Source: Alphaproteobacteria bacterium
GTDB lineage: Bacteria > Pseudomonadota > Alphaproteobacteria > UBA828
Reading direction: 5' to 3'
Assembly (NCBI GenBank): GCA_965214705.1
Contig: CBDCCI010000002.1
Location: 32,001-96,000, forward strand
DNA length: 64,000 bases
A program made the position numbers and the translations under genes. Of the stretch, positions 40,360-50,993 are shown one piece after another. The stretch's first letter is position 1; the number at the start of each line of letters is the position of its first letter. A model generated the notes under the pieces. It ran no database searches. It saw only the letters and a list, made by a program, of their open reading frames with translations, and had not been told where the DNA came from.

Positions 40360-41511
40360 ATGAGGCGGCAAGATCTGTTCGAACGTCTCCTCGAATCGTT
40401 GCACGCGGCGGCGCTCGACGATGCGCGGTGGGGTGCGACGTCGGCGCTTCTCGACGAGATGTGCGAGGCAAAGGGCAACACTCTGGTGGTCGGAGATGGC
40501 GTCTCGCGCGAGGACGTCGACATTTTCTTCGTCCGAGTCCTCTATCGCGGGGAGCCGCGTCCCGAGCTCGAACGGGAGTATTTCGAGGTCTACCACCCCG
40601 TGGACGAGCGGCTGCCGCGCCTGAGGCGGTTGCCCGACAGCCGGATCGTCCACGTAGGGGAGCTATTCACCGAAGAGGAGAAGAAGGCATCGGCGACGTA
40701 TCGCTGGCTCCCGCGCTCCGACAACGGCAACTGCCTGCACACGCGTCTCGACGGGCCGGACGGCTCGCGCATCGTGTGGACGGTCGCCGATCCGGTGGAT
40801 ACGGAGGGGTGGACCTCGGAGCGGGTCGAGACGGTCGGGCGGCTCCTTCCCCATCTTCGCCAGTTCGTGCGGTTGCGGCACGCGCTGGTGGATGCGCGGG
40901 CCTTGAAGGCGACCTTCGCCGGGCTGCTTGAGAACACGGGCTTGGGCGTGGTCCACCTCGACCGGCGCGGACGGATGGCGGGGGCGAACGACCGCGCCCT
41001 GGCGGTTCTGCGCAAGCGCGACGGACTGTGCGACGAGGACGGGCACTTGCGCGCGGTGCTCCCCGACGAGGACAAGACGCTCCAGGAGCTGGTGGCCCAC
41101 GCGGTGCCGTATCCGGGCGGAGGGGGCGTGGGCGGCTCGATGATGGTGAGCCGCGAGTATGCGGTGTCGCGGCTTCAGGTGCATGTGAGCCCGGTCGTCT
41201 CGGATGGATCGAACGAGTCGAGGTCGGGCCGGATCGGCGCGCTTGTGCTGGTCATCGACCCGGCGGAGCGCCTCAAGCTGGACCCTGAGGCTCTGGGAGC
41301 GCTGCTCGGGCTCACGCGCGCGGAGAGCCACGTGGCGGCATCGCTGGTCGAGGGCAAGCCGGCCCACGACATCGCGGCGGAGACAGGGCGGAGCGTGACG
41401 ACGGTGAAATGGCACATGCGGCATATCTTCGCCAAGCACGAGCTCTCCGGTCAGACGGATTTGGTGCGGCTCGCGCTGTCGCTGGCCGACAGTCCCGGCG
41501 TGCGGCGCTGA
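40360..41511 (+). CDS. LuxR-type HTH transcriptional regulator with PAS-like domain
   Basis: LLPHLRQFV, GVVHLDRRG, C-terminal LGLTRAESHVA...TVKWHMRHIFAK..QTDLVRL. Confidence 0.85.
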   Translation: MRRQDLFERLLESLHAAALDDARWGATSALLDEMCEAKGNTLVVGDGVSREDVDIFFVRVLYRGEPRPELEREYFEVYHPVDERLPRLRRLPDSRIVHVGELFTEEEKKASATYRWLPRSDNGNCLHTRLDGPDGSRIVWTVADPVDTEGWTSERVETVGRLLPHLRQFVRLRHALVDARALKATFAGLLENTGLGVVHLDRRGRMAGANDRALAVLRKRDGLCDEDGHLRAVLPDEDKTLQELVAHAVPYPGGGGVGGSMMVSREYAVSRLQVHVSPVVSDGSNESRSGRIGALVLVIDPAERLKLDPEALGALLGLTRAESHVAASLVEGKPAHDIAAETGRSVTTVKWHMRHIFAKHELSGQTDLVRLALSLADSPGVRR

Positions 41512-41595
41512 CGCGGACGGCAGCGATCGGCCGCCTGGCACGGATTGAACCGAAGCCGGTGGCGAGGGCGCTTTGCCGCCGCCGGCCTGGAATTA

Positions 41596-41858
41596 CCGTA
41601 AAGCCTGTCGGCATCGTCGCCGCGATGGATCGTGTCGTTGCCCCCGCCGGCACTGACGTCGTCTTCACCCTTCCCGCAATGGATCGTGACGGTGCCTCCG
41701 TAGCCCGTGATCACGTCGCGGCCGTCGCTGCCGGTCTTGGAACGAGGAGAATCAGGGATGGCAATGAGGCGTTACGAGACCGAGGAGGCTGTGAGCCTGC
41801 TGCGATGGGCAGACGTTCTGCACGGCCACGGAATGTCGACGGCCGATGCGATCCGTCG
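41596..41858 (+). repeat. Direct repeat copy 1 (RTX-like Ca-binding remnant on minus strand + IS3 orfA 5' remnant)
   Basis: Matches 44223-44442; minus GGGNDTIHRGDDADRLYGN; plus MAMRRYETEEAVSLLRWADVLHGHGMSTADAIR. Confidence 0.7.
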
Positions 41859-42520
41859 ATGTTGTTTCCCGGATTATCTGGCAAGGGTGCTGCCCTTCAT
41901 GGGCAGGCCCGGTGCAAAGGATTCGATGCGGCCGATCCGCGCCGATTCCGTGCCGGGACTCTTTCTGCATGTGAACTCCCTGCACGGCGAAAAGCCGGCG
42001 CTCGGTCCGGGCCGCGTGGCTGGCCTCATTCCGGTGGTGGACCCGACGTAGCGAACGGACGTCGGCTCGGACCGCGTGGACGAAGTCCCGGGCCTCACGC
42101 CGGCAGAGAGATCGCCGGTCATCGACATCTGCTCGCGAAGGGCAGGACCAACGACGAAACCGCCGCCACTGGAGCACCGGACCGCGGTCAAGTAGCACGC
42201 TCGGCACATCTCCTGCGAGCACGGGCTTTCCCATCGGTTGGGACTGGTCATGTTGAAGATGTCGGTAGTCCAGATTCCAGGCGGCGGCGCTTGAGACAGC
42301 GACCCTCGGGCGCCGCCGGCTATTCGCACCTTCTTCTCTGTTGGTTGAATTAATTCTTGGACCCCCTCCCGCAGGAGGGCGCCAAGACGCGGACCAACGA
42401 GTAACCTTCACTACGGTTTTTTCGATTGGGACCAGTCCAATGGACGCAAACTCGAAAGACTTGAGTCCACATCGGCTCAACGCAGGCAGAACTTGGTCGA
42501 GCGACCGGAATGGGGTGCCA

Positions 42521-43960
42521 GTGCGCAAGAAGCGCACGCTGAGCGCGTGGGGCGCCGTCGCCTGCACAGCGACACTCCTGGCGCTTGCCGCCTGCGGCGG
42601 CGGAGGCGGTGGCCCGGAGACGGGCGGTTCCATGCCGCCGGACACCGGTTCCATGCCGCCGGACGGCGGCCAGGACCCCATCGTCTCCGAGCCCGTCCCC
42701 GAACTGGTTCTGCCGCCGGCTCAAGCCGCAGGGGCCCAGCAGGCCCCCGTCATCCAGTTCGATGACGAACTTCGCGTCGGCGCCATGCCGCCGCCCGAGC
42801 AAAGTGGCCTGACGCCCGCTACAACCCATGATGGCGCGTCCGTGCGCCACGGACGCCTCGGCGACGGTCTCGGCGCAACCGCTCTAACCAGCTATCTCAA
42901 CGAGGACGCCAGACTTACCCGCAACATCCTGCTCCGCTTCGCCGATGCGCCGGTCGTGCGCTTTGTCGAAGGCACCAGTGCCGCGCAGATCGACGAGATC
43001 GTCCGCGCCGTGCGGCTCCTCAACGCGAACCTGCCGCGCGACTTCCAGCTCACGGTCGATTCCACGCCCGTCTCTGCGGCGGACGATGCCGCCGGCGACA
43101 ACCACGACACCCTCGCGCCGGACCAGATCCTTGTCGAGTTCGACCGCCGCGAGGACTGGGAGCTGCCTTACGGAGGCGCTCCCGTCGGCAACACGAGGAC
43201 CTGGTCCATTGATGGAGCGATCCTCACGGCCAGAGTCTGGGTCGACCACACTCGTCACGCCAACGCCTCCGACCGCATGGTCACGCTCGTGCACGAGCTC
43301 ATCCATGCCCTCGGCCGCCAGCACGCGGACTCCGCGCGCTTCCCCTCCACCATCATGCACGTGATCGGGGTGGGGACGGAAGGTTACGTGATGCACCAAC
43401 TCGACCGCGAGGCCCTGCTCGCCGTCTACGGCGTGCTCGAGCCGGGTGCCGCGCTGGCCGACATCGCCGCCGACCTCGGCCCCTGGGAGAGCCAATCGCT
43501 CCACGTGCGCGGCGACCTCGGCGATCTCGCCTTCGGCGCCTCGCTGCGCAACGGCCTGGCGCGGCCCTGGGCGCTGGGCCCCCGTCCCGGCATCGACCTT
43601 GCCGACAATACAGATCTCATGGGAAGCGCCAGTTGGTCCGGCCGCCTCCTCGGTCTTACGCCTTCGGGCGAGACCGTCGCCGGTGCCGCCGGCCTCGCCA
43701 TCGATCTCGCGTCCCTCGACGGCGACCTCAACTTTACGTCTCTCGAGTCCTGGACCGGCGCTCCCGGCGAACTTGGCACCGGCACCATGTGGGGCGACGG
43801 CGACCTGAGCTACGACATCACCGTCGAAGGCAACGTCTTCGCGCGCACCGGCGGCGACGAGGGGCACGTCACCGGCACGTTCTTCGGCGCTTCCCACGAG
43901 GGCATGGGCGGCACCCTCGTCCGCGACGACCTCGGCGCCGGCTTCGCCGGAGTCCGCTGA
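42521..43960 (+). CDS. Surface lipoprotein with metzincin protease motif and TbpB-like C-terminal barrel
   Basis: Lipobox LAAC-GGGGGG, HELIHALGRQH (HExxHxxGxxH) + STIM Met-turn, GTFFGASHEGMGG...GAGFAG; start codon uncertain. Confidence 0.75.
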   Translation: MRKKRTLSAWGAVACTATLLALAACGGGGGGPETGGSMPPDTGSMPPDGGQDPIVSEPVPELVLPPAQAAGAQQAPVIQFDDELRVGAMPPPEQSGLTPATTHDGASVRHGRLGDGLGATALTSYLNEDARLTRNILLRFADAPVVRFVEGTSAAQIDEIVRAVRLLNANLPRDFQLTVDSTPVSAADDAAGDNHDTLAPDQILVEFDRREDWELPYGGAPVGNTRTWSIDGAILTARVWVDHTRHANASDRMVTLVHELIHALGRQHADSARFPSTIMHVIGVGTEGYVMHQLDREALLAVYGVLEPGAALADIAADLGPWESQSLHVRGDLGDLAFGASLRNGLARPWALGPRPGIDLADNTDLMGSASWSGRLLGLTPSGETVAGAAGLAIDLASLDGDLNFTSLESWTGAPGELGTGTMWGDGDLSYDITVEGNVFARTGGDEGHVTGTFFGASHEGMGGTLVRDDLGAGFAGVR

Positions 43961-44222
43961 ACCGAGCTTGTGGATGCCCACCTCTTAGCCGTCGTGCGAG
44001 CCGCTGAGCCCCTTCTCTTGGAATCTCCAGCCCCCGCACTTGATTGCCGACCGGGCGTTCGGCGGCTGCGATTGGTGCCGGAGCATGCTCGCCGCCTCGG
44101 CGTTTTCGTCGACGGCGCCAGCCACGTACTTCGACACAATCGGCATGTAGAATGCCATTGTAAGAGTTATCCGTCTGTCCCACTAACTTTAGTGTCCGTT
44201 ATCAGTAGTTCTTACATTGTTG

Positions 44223-44442
44223 CCGTAAAGCCTGTCGGCATCGTCGCCTCCACCCTTCCCGCATGAATAGTGTCGGCGCCTGCGTAGCCCATGATCGCGT
44301 CGTGGCCGTCGCTGCCGGTCTTGGAACGAGGAGAATCAGGGATGGCAATGAGGCGTTACGAGACCGAGGAAGTTGTGAGCCTGCTGCGATGGGCAGACGT
44401 TCTGCACGGCCACGGAATGTCGACGGTCGATGCGATCCGTCG
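44223..44442 (+). repeat. Direct repeat copy 2
   Basis: Matches 41596-41858 with an internal deletion. Confidence 0.7.
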
Positions 44443-45105
44443 GCCGGAGGCTCAGCGAGGTGACATTCAATCTCTGTTGACGGCCCTACCGGCGCAGCCG
44501 ATGTCGGGGAGAGCCTCCGGATAAGTTGCAAACATCCAACCGGCATCGATCGTGTCTGTGTGCCCGAATGGAAATGCCGCGCGCACGCACCTTTACTGGG
44601 AAGCCGCGCGGACTTGCAACTCCTGCGGCGGCGCTCCGGGTGGCGACGACCGCGGCAACGGCGAGCGAGGGCTCAGGATCGCCAGGGTGGAAGCCCGGCG
44701 GACGGCCTACATGAACCCGTCGAACAGGGAGAGACATCTGTGCGCTACAGCCCGGTACCGTCCCCTCTCCGTGAGGGCGGCATAGAGGCAACGGCCCGTT
44801 TCGAAGAAGTCGTCAGCAAGCGCAACCCGTGCTTCCCTCCCGACTTGGCCCTCGACGATTTCAAGCCGCCACAATGCAATGCCGCGCCCTGCAACAGCCG
44901 CCTCCAGCAAAGACACTGATGGGCCGCCGCCCCGAATCCCGCCTCGCCTTCATCCAGACCCACGCCGACCGGGTGGGCGCGCTCGACCTGCGATACGGCC
45001 GGCGAACCACGGCCTCGTAGTGCGTTACGCCGCGCGGCGCAGCTGAGATTTGACCGTCCTCCCGCCTATCGTATCGTGATCCGGTAGGCGGAGGAGTTAT
45101 CGACG

Positions 45106-45417
45106 ATGGGGACCTTGACGCGTGCGGATCTAGCGGCAGCGGTGAGCCAGGAGACGGGATGGACGCATCGGGACGCGAGGAAGTTTGTCGACGCGGCATT
45201 CGAGGCGATCATGTCCCGCCTTGAGGCGGGGTAGACGGTGAAGCTCACCGGCTTCGGCAGCTTCAACCTGCGCGACAAGAGCGAGCGGCTGGGCCGCAAT
45301 CCCCATACCCTGGAGGCGGCGCCGATAGCGCCACGCCGTGTGGTGGTCTTCCGGGCTTGCCAGGTGCTGAAGAAACGAATCGCCAAGGGACTGCCGGGCG
45401 GCCGGGACGGCAGTTAG
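45106..45417 (+). pseudogene. ihfA: Integration host factor alpha-like gene with in-frame TAG at codon 43
   Basis: GGAGGAG RBS; MGTLTRADLAAAV...[35 protein letters not shown]. Confidence 0.85.
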
Positions 45418-45483
45418 GAATTTGCAGGCCGCGCTGCTACAAGTGCGCGGCACGTTCACCAATTGCCAGGAAAACACCGGATC

Positions 45484-45771
45484 ATGGACCAGGAAACATC
45501 GAGTGGAATTGACGAGAGTTCTCTCTCCAAGGGTGAGATTCGCAAGTTGAACGCGTTGCGCAAGTCCGTGGGCGATGAGATCGGCGACAAGGCGTTCGCC
45601 GAATGGCTGTCGTCACGCTCGGCCGGGTCGAACGAGAAAGACCCGAACGCAGAGACGATCGTCGATACGCTATGGCCGCTCGTCGAAGAGGGCCGGCTGA
45701 TGATCCCGCGTGGTGGCTATTTGCTCAAGCGTGGCCGCGGCAGGATCATCGTGAAACCGGCGCGGCCGTAG
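45484..45771 (+). CDS. Hypothetical protein (95 aa)
   Basis: Clean ORF LSKGEIRKLNALRKSVGDEIGDKAFAEWL...RGGYLLKRGRGRIIV. Confidence 0.65.
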   Translation: MDQETSSGIDESSLSKGEIRKLNALRKSVGDEIGDKAFAEWLSSRSAGSNEKDPNAETIVDTLWPLVEEGRLMIPRGGYLLKRGRGRIIVKPARP

Positions 45772-45927
45772 ACCGTTCTGCCCCCGCTTCGGCCAGTTCC
45801 CGGTGGTCATGGAGGTACGGAGTATTCTCCGCTGTTCGGGCCGCGCCCGCGACGGACGGTACCTCTGGACCATCTACATTAGGGCTTGCTCTCTCGCCGG
45901 CAACCCGCTCCGTCTGACGCGGCAGCC

Positions 45928-46285
45928 ATGGAAAAGGCGCGGTCTCGCCGCTGCAGCCATCGCGGTTGCAACGACGACGACATCCGGCGCCGGGACGGCG
46001 GAAGACTTCCATTTGCGCGCCGGGATAGGCATCGACCGGTTCGAGGACGCGGCGTTCACGGACGACGACTGCTCAAGCGAGTCTCCGGTCGCGGTCTACG
46101 GCTGCGGCCGGGGCGGCGACGGCGCCAACCGGCTTGCGGGCTGCCGGCGGACGAGCTGAGACCGCTGGCATCGCGGCTTCTGGAAGTGTCCGACGACCTG
46201 ATCCGCTCCGCGCTCGAATTGGAGTTGGCCGAAGGCATCGTGGTCGCGGACACGGTGGAGGACACCCCCTGCATCTTCCTCGGCG
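45928..46285 (+). pseudogene. Fused fragments: outer-membrane beta-barrel N-terminus and RecD2-like helicase piece
   Basis: FHLRAGIGID...DCSSESPVAVYGCG, then CGLPADELRPLASRLLEV...ELELAEGIVVADTV..PCIFL. Confidence 0.5.
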
Positions 46286-46438
46286 GTCGCCCCGTGCCGC
46301 TGCGCGCACGCGGAGCTTACCGCCAGGAACATGCGTGCGGGGCCGGCGGCGCCGGTCCCTGGCCTCGCCCCGAGCCCTCGGCTACGATCCCGCCCGACGG
46401 TTGCATCATGAGCGCGGCCGACCTGAGAGGATGCGGCC

Positions 46439-47506
46439 ATGCGCTACGACCAAGTCTACAAGTCGATTTTCTCGCACAGCATCGCGGTGGAGCACCTGCT
46501 CCGCTTCGTCGCCGGCATGATCGATGACGGCCCGGCGTGGCTCGCCGCTATCGACCCCGAGATCCTGGAGCAGGTGCCCACCGAGCGCATCGACGAGACC
46601 CTGCACCGGCACCTGAGCGACCTGGTCTGGCGCGTGCGCCTGCGCGAGGGCGGCGACGAGGACTGGGCCTACCTCTTCGTGCTGATCGAGTTCCAGTCTG
46701 CGGTGGACCATCTGATGGCGCTGCGGGTGCGCACCTACGTGGACCTGCTATATCGAGGTCTGTGGCGGGAGCGGCGCTTCGGCGCCTCGGACCGTCTGCC
46801 GCCGGTGCTGCCCGTGGTGCTCTACAACGGGGCGTCTCCGTGGACTGCGGCGGCGAGCGTGGAGGACCTTGTCGCACCTGAGGGCCGACCTGCCAGTCCG
46901 GCAGGTCCGGTGGCGTTTTTCGCGGGCTCGCGTTATCTGGCGCTTGACGTGGGGCGTGCCGAGGTTGGAGAGTCGGATCCGGAGGATGTTGTTTCTCTCG
47001 TGATCGGCATTGAGCGGATGTCGTCGCACGAAGAGGGCTACACGACTCTGGCGTCGGCGTTTTCCGTACTTCGCGGTGCCGGGCACCGGGAGTTGCGCCG
47101 AGTGTTCCATACGTGGTTCAGTCTGCTGGTCGGGTCTGGCGCCGGTGGCGCCGCAATCGAGGGGTTCGAGGAGATGGAGCGACTGGAAGAGGCGGGCGAG
47201 CTGCGGACAGCGGTCCAGGACCGTGTCCGCGCATGGCGCGAGGCGGACCGCGAACAGGGCCGCGCGGAAGGCGTCGAGCAAGGCCGAGCGGAAGGCGTCG
47301 AGCAAGGCCGAGCGGAAGGCGTCGAGCAGGAGCGGTCGCTGCTGCTGCGCCAGGCCGAGCGGAAGTTCGGCGCCGAAGCGACCGGGCGCCTAGCGGACCT
47401 GCTGACCGGGATCGAGGATCCGGAGCGCTTGGCGGACGTCGGCGAGTTGATCATCGACTGCGCTTCGGGCGACGAGCTGATCGCGCGGCTGGAGAGTTCG
47501 GCTTAG
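46439..47506 (+). CDS. Rpn-family recombination-promoting nuclease / putative transposase
   Basis: DQVYKSIFSH, SDLVWRV, LIEFQS, LPPVLPVVLYNG, three 24-bp EQGRAEGV repeats (47252-47323). Confidence 0.88.
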   Translation: MRYDQVYKSIFSHSIAVEHLLRFVAGMIDDGPAWLAAIDPEILEQVPTERIDETLHRHLSDLVWRVRLREGGDEDWAYLFVLIEFQSAVDHLMALRVRTYVDLLYRGLWRERRFGASDRLPPVLPVVLYNGASPWTAAASVEDLVAPEGRPASPAGPVAFFAGSRYLALDVGRAEVGESDPEDVVSLVIGIERMSSHEEGYTTLASAFSVLRGAGHRELRRVFHTWFSLLVGSGAGGAAIEGFEEMERLEEAGELRTAVQDRVRAWREADREQGRAEGVEQGRAEGVEQGRAEGVEQERSLLLRQAERKFGAEATGRLADLLTGIEDPERLADVGELIIDCASGDELIARLESSA

Positions 47507-47877
47507 GTCCGATCGTCCGCCCCTGCGGGACGGTGCCGGGGGTAGCGCTGCTTCGATGAGAAGCGGCATGCGCGGCCCCGCAGTCCGGCCCGCACCAGGT
47601 CGCCGTTTGTCGCCCCACGCCCATTCCCTGTGGGTGATCACAAACGACCATGGCGAGTGTCGGACGGCCGCCGGCTGGCGGTCGCAGGCACAAAGGTCGG
47701 CCCCGGCAGAGACCGCCACCGCCGACCAGATTCGGCCCGACGGCCGTGTCGAAAATCGCCTTTCGGCGGGCCGTTTTGATTCCGGTTTCGGGGGCACCGT
47801 CGACGGGCTCGCGCAGAGTTTCGGCCGAGTCGCTACGGGTCGCGTAATGGTTCGGTAATGCCGTGGAGGGGCCGGGT

Positions 47878-48759
47878 TCAGCGATTGAGGGCCCGTTTCC
47901 AGTCTTTTCGCAGCGGCCTGAGCCAGATGTCCTTCCTGGGCTTGTCGTAGAGCTTGTGCCGGTCGTAGCGCCCACGCCCCTGGGTGTTTCCGACGCGGAT
48001 CCAGCCGGATGCCTTGTAGACGGCGCCGGTGTAGCGCGGGGTCTGGACGAAGGTCTCGATGAGTACGGGCGCGGTGTTGTAGCGCTCGGCCCAGTCGATG
48101 GGCAGACGGCGGCGGACGATGGCGAGGATGTGCGAGCCCAGGTTGGGGATCTTGATCCAGGGCAGGATCAGGAACCTGGGATTGTCGACCACCAGCGGCA
48201 GGTTCTTCTCGCGCATCTCAGGGGTCCAGCCGACGAAGGCATCGCGCGGCGCCAGCTTCCAGGCGGCGGTTGAGAAGCCGAGCATGGCGAGCGGCCAGCC
48301 GTTCCGGTCGTGGACGGCGTAGCGCATCTGGGCGCCGACCAGGGTCTTGTAACCGAGGTAGTGGTAGCGGGCGACGAACTCGTTCCAGAGCTTGCCCTCT
48401 CGGGTTCCGCGCACGACGGTGCGCATGTTGAGCGGGCGGACCTCGTCCAGCGCCGTCGGGGCGGGGAAGAGCGGCGGCTCGGTGTCGGGCCCGAAGACGA
48501 TCGGCTTTGGCGGACCCGGTTGCCACCTCGGCGGCGGCAGGGTGATCAGACCATCCTTGTGCATGGCCAGCATGGTGACGCGGGCCATCATGTCCTTCAG
48601 GCCTCCGTCGGGCTTGAGCCAGCCGATGCGCCGGCAGAACTCCCTGGACAACGCATGGCGGCTGAGCGGCGGGGGTCCGGCGATCAGCGCGCGCAGCAGC
48701 GCCATCTCTTCAGCGCTGAAGTCTCGCCCGTAATAGCGGCACTCCACGGTGCCGCTCAC
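47878..48759 (-). CDS. DUF4338 (DruA-like) protein
   Basis: LWNEFVARYHYLGY, RFLILPWIKIPNLGS, LIETFV, YKASGW..GRGR; GTG overlaps the transposase TGA. Confidence 0.82.
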   Translation of the reverse strand: MSGTVECRYYGRDFSAEEMALLRALIAGPPPLSRHALSREFCRRIGWLKPDGGLKDMMARVTMLAMHKDGLITLPPPRWQPGPPKPIVFGPDTEPPLFPAPTALDEVRPLNMRTVVRGTREGKLWNEFVARYHYLGYKTLVGAQMRYAVHDRNGWPLAMLGFSTAAWKLAPRDAFVGWTPEMREKNLPLVVDNPRFLILPWIKIPNLGSHILAIVRRRLPIDWAERYNTAPVLIETFVQTPRYTGAVYKASGWIRVGNTQGRGRYDRHKLYDKPRKDIWLRPLRKDWKRALNR

Positions 48760-50993
48760 CCCGGCACCAGGAACTCGCGCCTGCGCTTCTCGCTCATCGA
48801 CCACGGCAGCCACGGCTTGAGGTCTTCCGGCGGTTGGCCGCCATTCTCCGCGCACGCCTCCAGCCATGCCCGAAGCCAGCGCAGGATGTCGATGTCGTTC
48901 ATCTTGAGGGTGCACACGACCGTGTACATCATCGCCGTGAACTCGGCACCGCGCTCGCTGTCGGAGCCGAAGCTGAGGCGTCTTCCGATCACCGGCGCCC
49001 TCAGCACGCGCTCGGCAAAATTGTTGTCCATCGGGACCGGTGGGTGGTCGACGAAGACGCGCAATCCCTTGCGGTGGTTCAGCAGCGAGCGCAGCGCCTT
49101 GCCCTCGCGTGCCCCGGCCGGCAGGTCGGACAGCTGCCGTTCAGCCTCGGAGAACAAGGCGTCGAGCCCCTCCTTCAGCGCGCCCTGTGCGGCGTCGAAC
49201 TCCGGCGTCCGGCGCGCGCAGCCGGGGTCGTAGTGCTTCAGCCGCTCATCGTTCAAGCGGTAGATCTCCGCGATCCGCTCGATCCATCCCTGGCACCACT
49301 CCGTCAGCCGCACCTGGCCGGCCGCGCAGTCGATGAATGTCCGGCGTTGATGCGCCCAACACCACTGCAGGATCATCTTGCCGGCGAGATCGCGTGCCAG
49401 CTTCTTGTAGGCGGACAGGCGGTCGCACACCAGGATCGTGCTGCCGGCGGTGTCGCCGAACAACTTCATCGCGACCTCTGCGGAACGCGAGGGATCGCTA
49501 TGGAAGAAGGCCGCGTCTTCGGTCACCGAGGTCCACAGCCAGGAGCGGGCGGAGCCGCCCGTCTCGCGTAGCGAACGGATGCGCCAGCCGGTCTCGTCGC
49601 CGTGGCGCACCGCCGCCTTGTTCTGGTGATCGAGGATCGCTTCCGCCACCGGCTTGAACAGCGGCACGAAGGGCTTGACGCTGCTGCCCAGCGTCCCCGG
49701 CGAGATCGAAAGGCCCATATCGGACATCCATGCCGCGACCCGCTTGAGCGGGCGGAAGCAGGCGTAGCGCTCGTATAGATACTGCGACCAGACGCTGATC
49801 CCGTAGGGCGTCCTGTCGAACAGGCGCGGCACCGGAGGCGCGATCACCTCCTGGGGCGAGGACGCGCACTCGCAGGCCCGGCGCCAGCGGGGACGGACGA
49901 TCCTGCGCTTGTGGGCCTTGACCTCGATCTCGAAGATGGCGCTCTCTTCCGTGCCGTTCGGCGCGTAGGGCTTGCCGCAACAGGAACAGATGAGCGCGTC
50001 CTCCGGCGGGGTCTTCTCTTCTTTCCGCTCCTCGAGCCCGGGCCGCTGGGTGCGGCCATGGCCGGGTGCGCCGCGCTGCTGGCCGCGCGTGCGCCCAGTG
50101 GACGGCTTCTTCTGCTTCTCGCTCTTCCTGCCAAACAGCGTCCTGGATAGCGCCGCTCCGGTCGCGCGAAGCTTGGAAACCCGCGCCTCCAGCGCCGCGA
50201 TCCGGGCCTGCGACGTCTTCGCGGCCTTGCGCAGCCGGACGTTCTTCCGGGTCAACGACTTGATCGTGGCCTTCTGGCGCCTCGATCTCCGCAGGGCCTT
50301 GCGCAGATCGGCGTCGGCGCCGGACAAAGCTTCCCTGTGGGCTTTCGATATCCGCAAGACCCTGGCCACCCGGGCCTTCAACGTCTCTTCCCTCGCGTCG
50401 GCACCCTTCACCGAATGGCGCAACCAGAAGACCTCGTCGGTCAGCGAGATAACTCTGTCCGCCTGATCGCGCCGGTGCCTCAGCTCCGCGTGAAGCTCAA
50501 TGACCTCGCCGGACAGCTTTCTACCGGTCGCCTTGAGGTCCTCCGTGCGCTGCCTCTCCTGGTCCAGCTTCCGGGTCAGACGGCTGACCTCTCTGCGCAG
50601 CCCAGTAACCTCTTTGCGCAGCTCACCACGCTCCGCGCGCAGAGACTCGATCGCCTGCTGGCTCTTCGCTGAGGCCGGAGCGTGGTGACGCCTGCCGCGA
50701 GCCGGTGACGCGGACTTTGGCCCGCCAGCGCCAGCCTGGCCAGCCGGCGGAGGCGACTTGGGCCTGCCAGTGCCAGCCTCCGGTCTCCCCAGCGCACGAC
50801 GCAGCCGACGAACATCGTCGAGCAGCTCCTGCACTCGTGCCTCGGCCGCCTTCGCGCGCTTCAGCTCCCGCTCGTACAGAGATTTCCAGTTGCGCGGCGC
50901 GCTCGACGGGGTTGCGGCGGGCGGCGACCAGTTTCCATCGTCGCCCTCGACCAGCGCCAGGTCCGCGCTGAAATCCTCGTCGCGAATCGCCAT
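48756..50993 (-). CDS. IS66-family transposase with long N-terminal coiled coil (no tnpA/tnpB)
   Basis: LFGRKSEK, CSCCG, HGDETGW, CWAHQRR, MDNNFAERVLR. Confidence 0.88.
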   Translation of the reverse strand: MAIRDEDFSADLALVEGDDGNWSPPAATPSSAPRNWKSLYERELKRAKAAEARVQELLDDVRRLRRALGRPEAGTGRPKSPPPAGQAGAGGPKSASPARGRRHHAPASAKSQQAIESLRAERGELRKEVTGLRREVSRLTRKLDQERQRTEDLKATGRKLSGEVIELHAELRHRRDQADRVISLTDEVFWLRHSVKGADAREETLKARVARVLRISKAHREALSGADADLRKALRRSRRQKATIKSLTRKNVRLRKAAKTSQARIAALEARVSKLRATGAALSRTLFGRKSEKQKKPSTGRTRGQQRGAPGHGRTQRPGLEERKEEKTPPEDALICSCCGKPYAPNGTEESAIFEIEVKAHKRRIVRPRWRRACECASSPQEVIAPPVPRLFDRTPYGISVWSQYLYERYACFRPLKRVAAWMSDMGLSISPGTLGSSVKPFVPLFKPVAEAILDHQNKAAVRHGDETGWRIRSLRETGGSARSWLWTSVTEDAAFFHSDPSRSAEVAMKLFGDTAGSTILVCDRLSAYKKLARDLAGKMILQWCWAHQRRTFIDCAAGQVRLTEWCQGWIERIAEIYRLNDERLKHYDPGCARRTPEFDAAQGALKEGLDALFSEAERQLSDLPAGAREGKALRSLLNHRKGLRVFVDHPPVPMDNNFAERVLRAPVIGRRLSFGSDSERGAEFTAMMYTVVCTLKMNDIDILRWLRAWLEACAENGGQPPEDLKPWLPWSMSEKRRREFLVPG

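Noticed and set aside
45232-45234. Amber readthrough (pyrrolysine or recoding) in ihfA
   Set aside because: A single GAG>TAG change in a decaying region; TAG terminates many other genes here.
47252-47329. CRISPR-like repeats
   Set aside because: Contiguous 24-bp coding repeats (EQGRAEGV) with no spacers and no cas genes.
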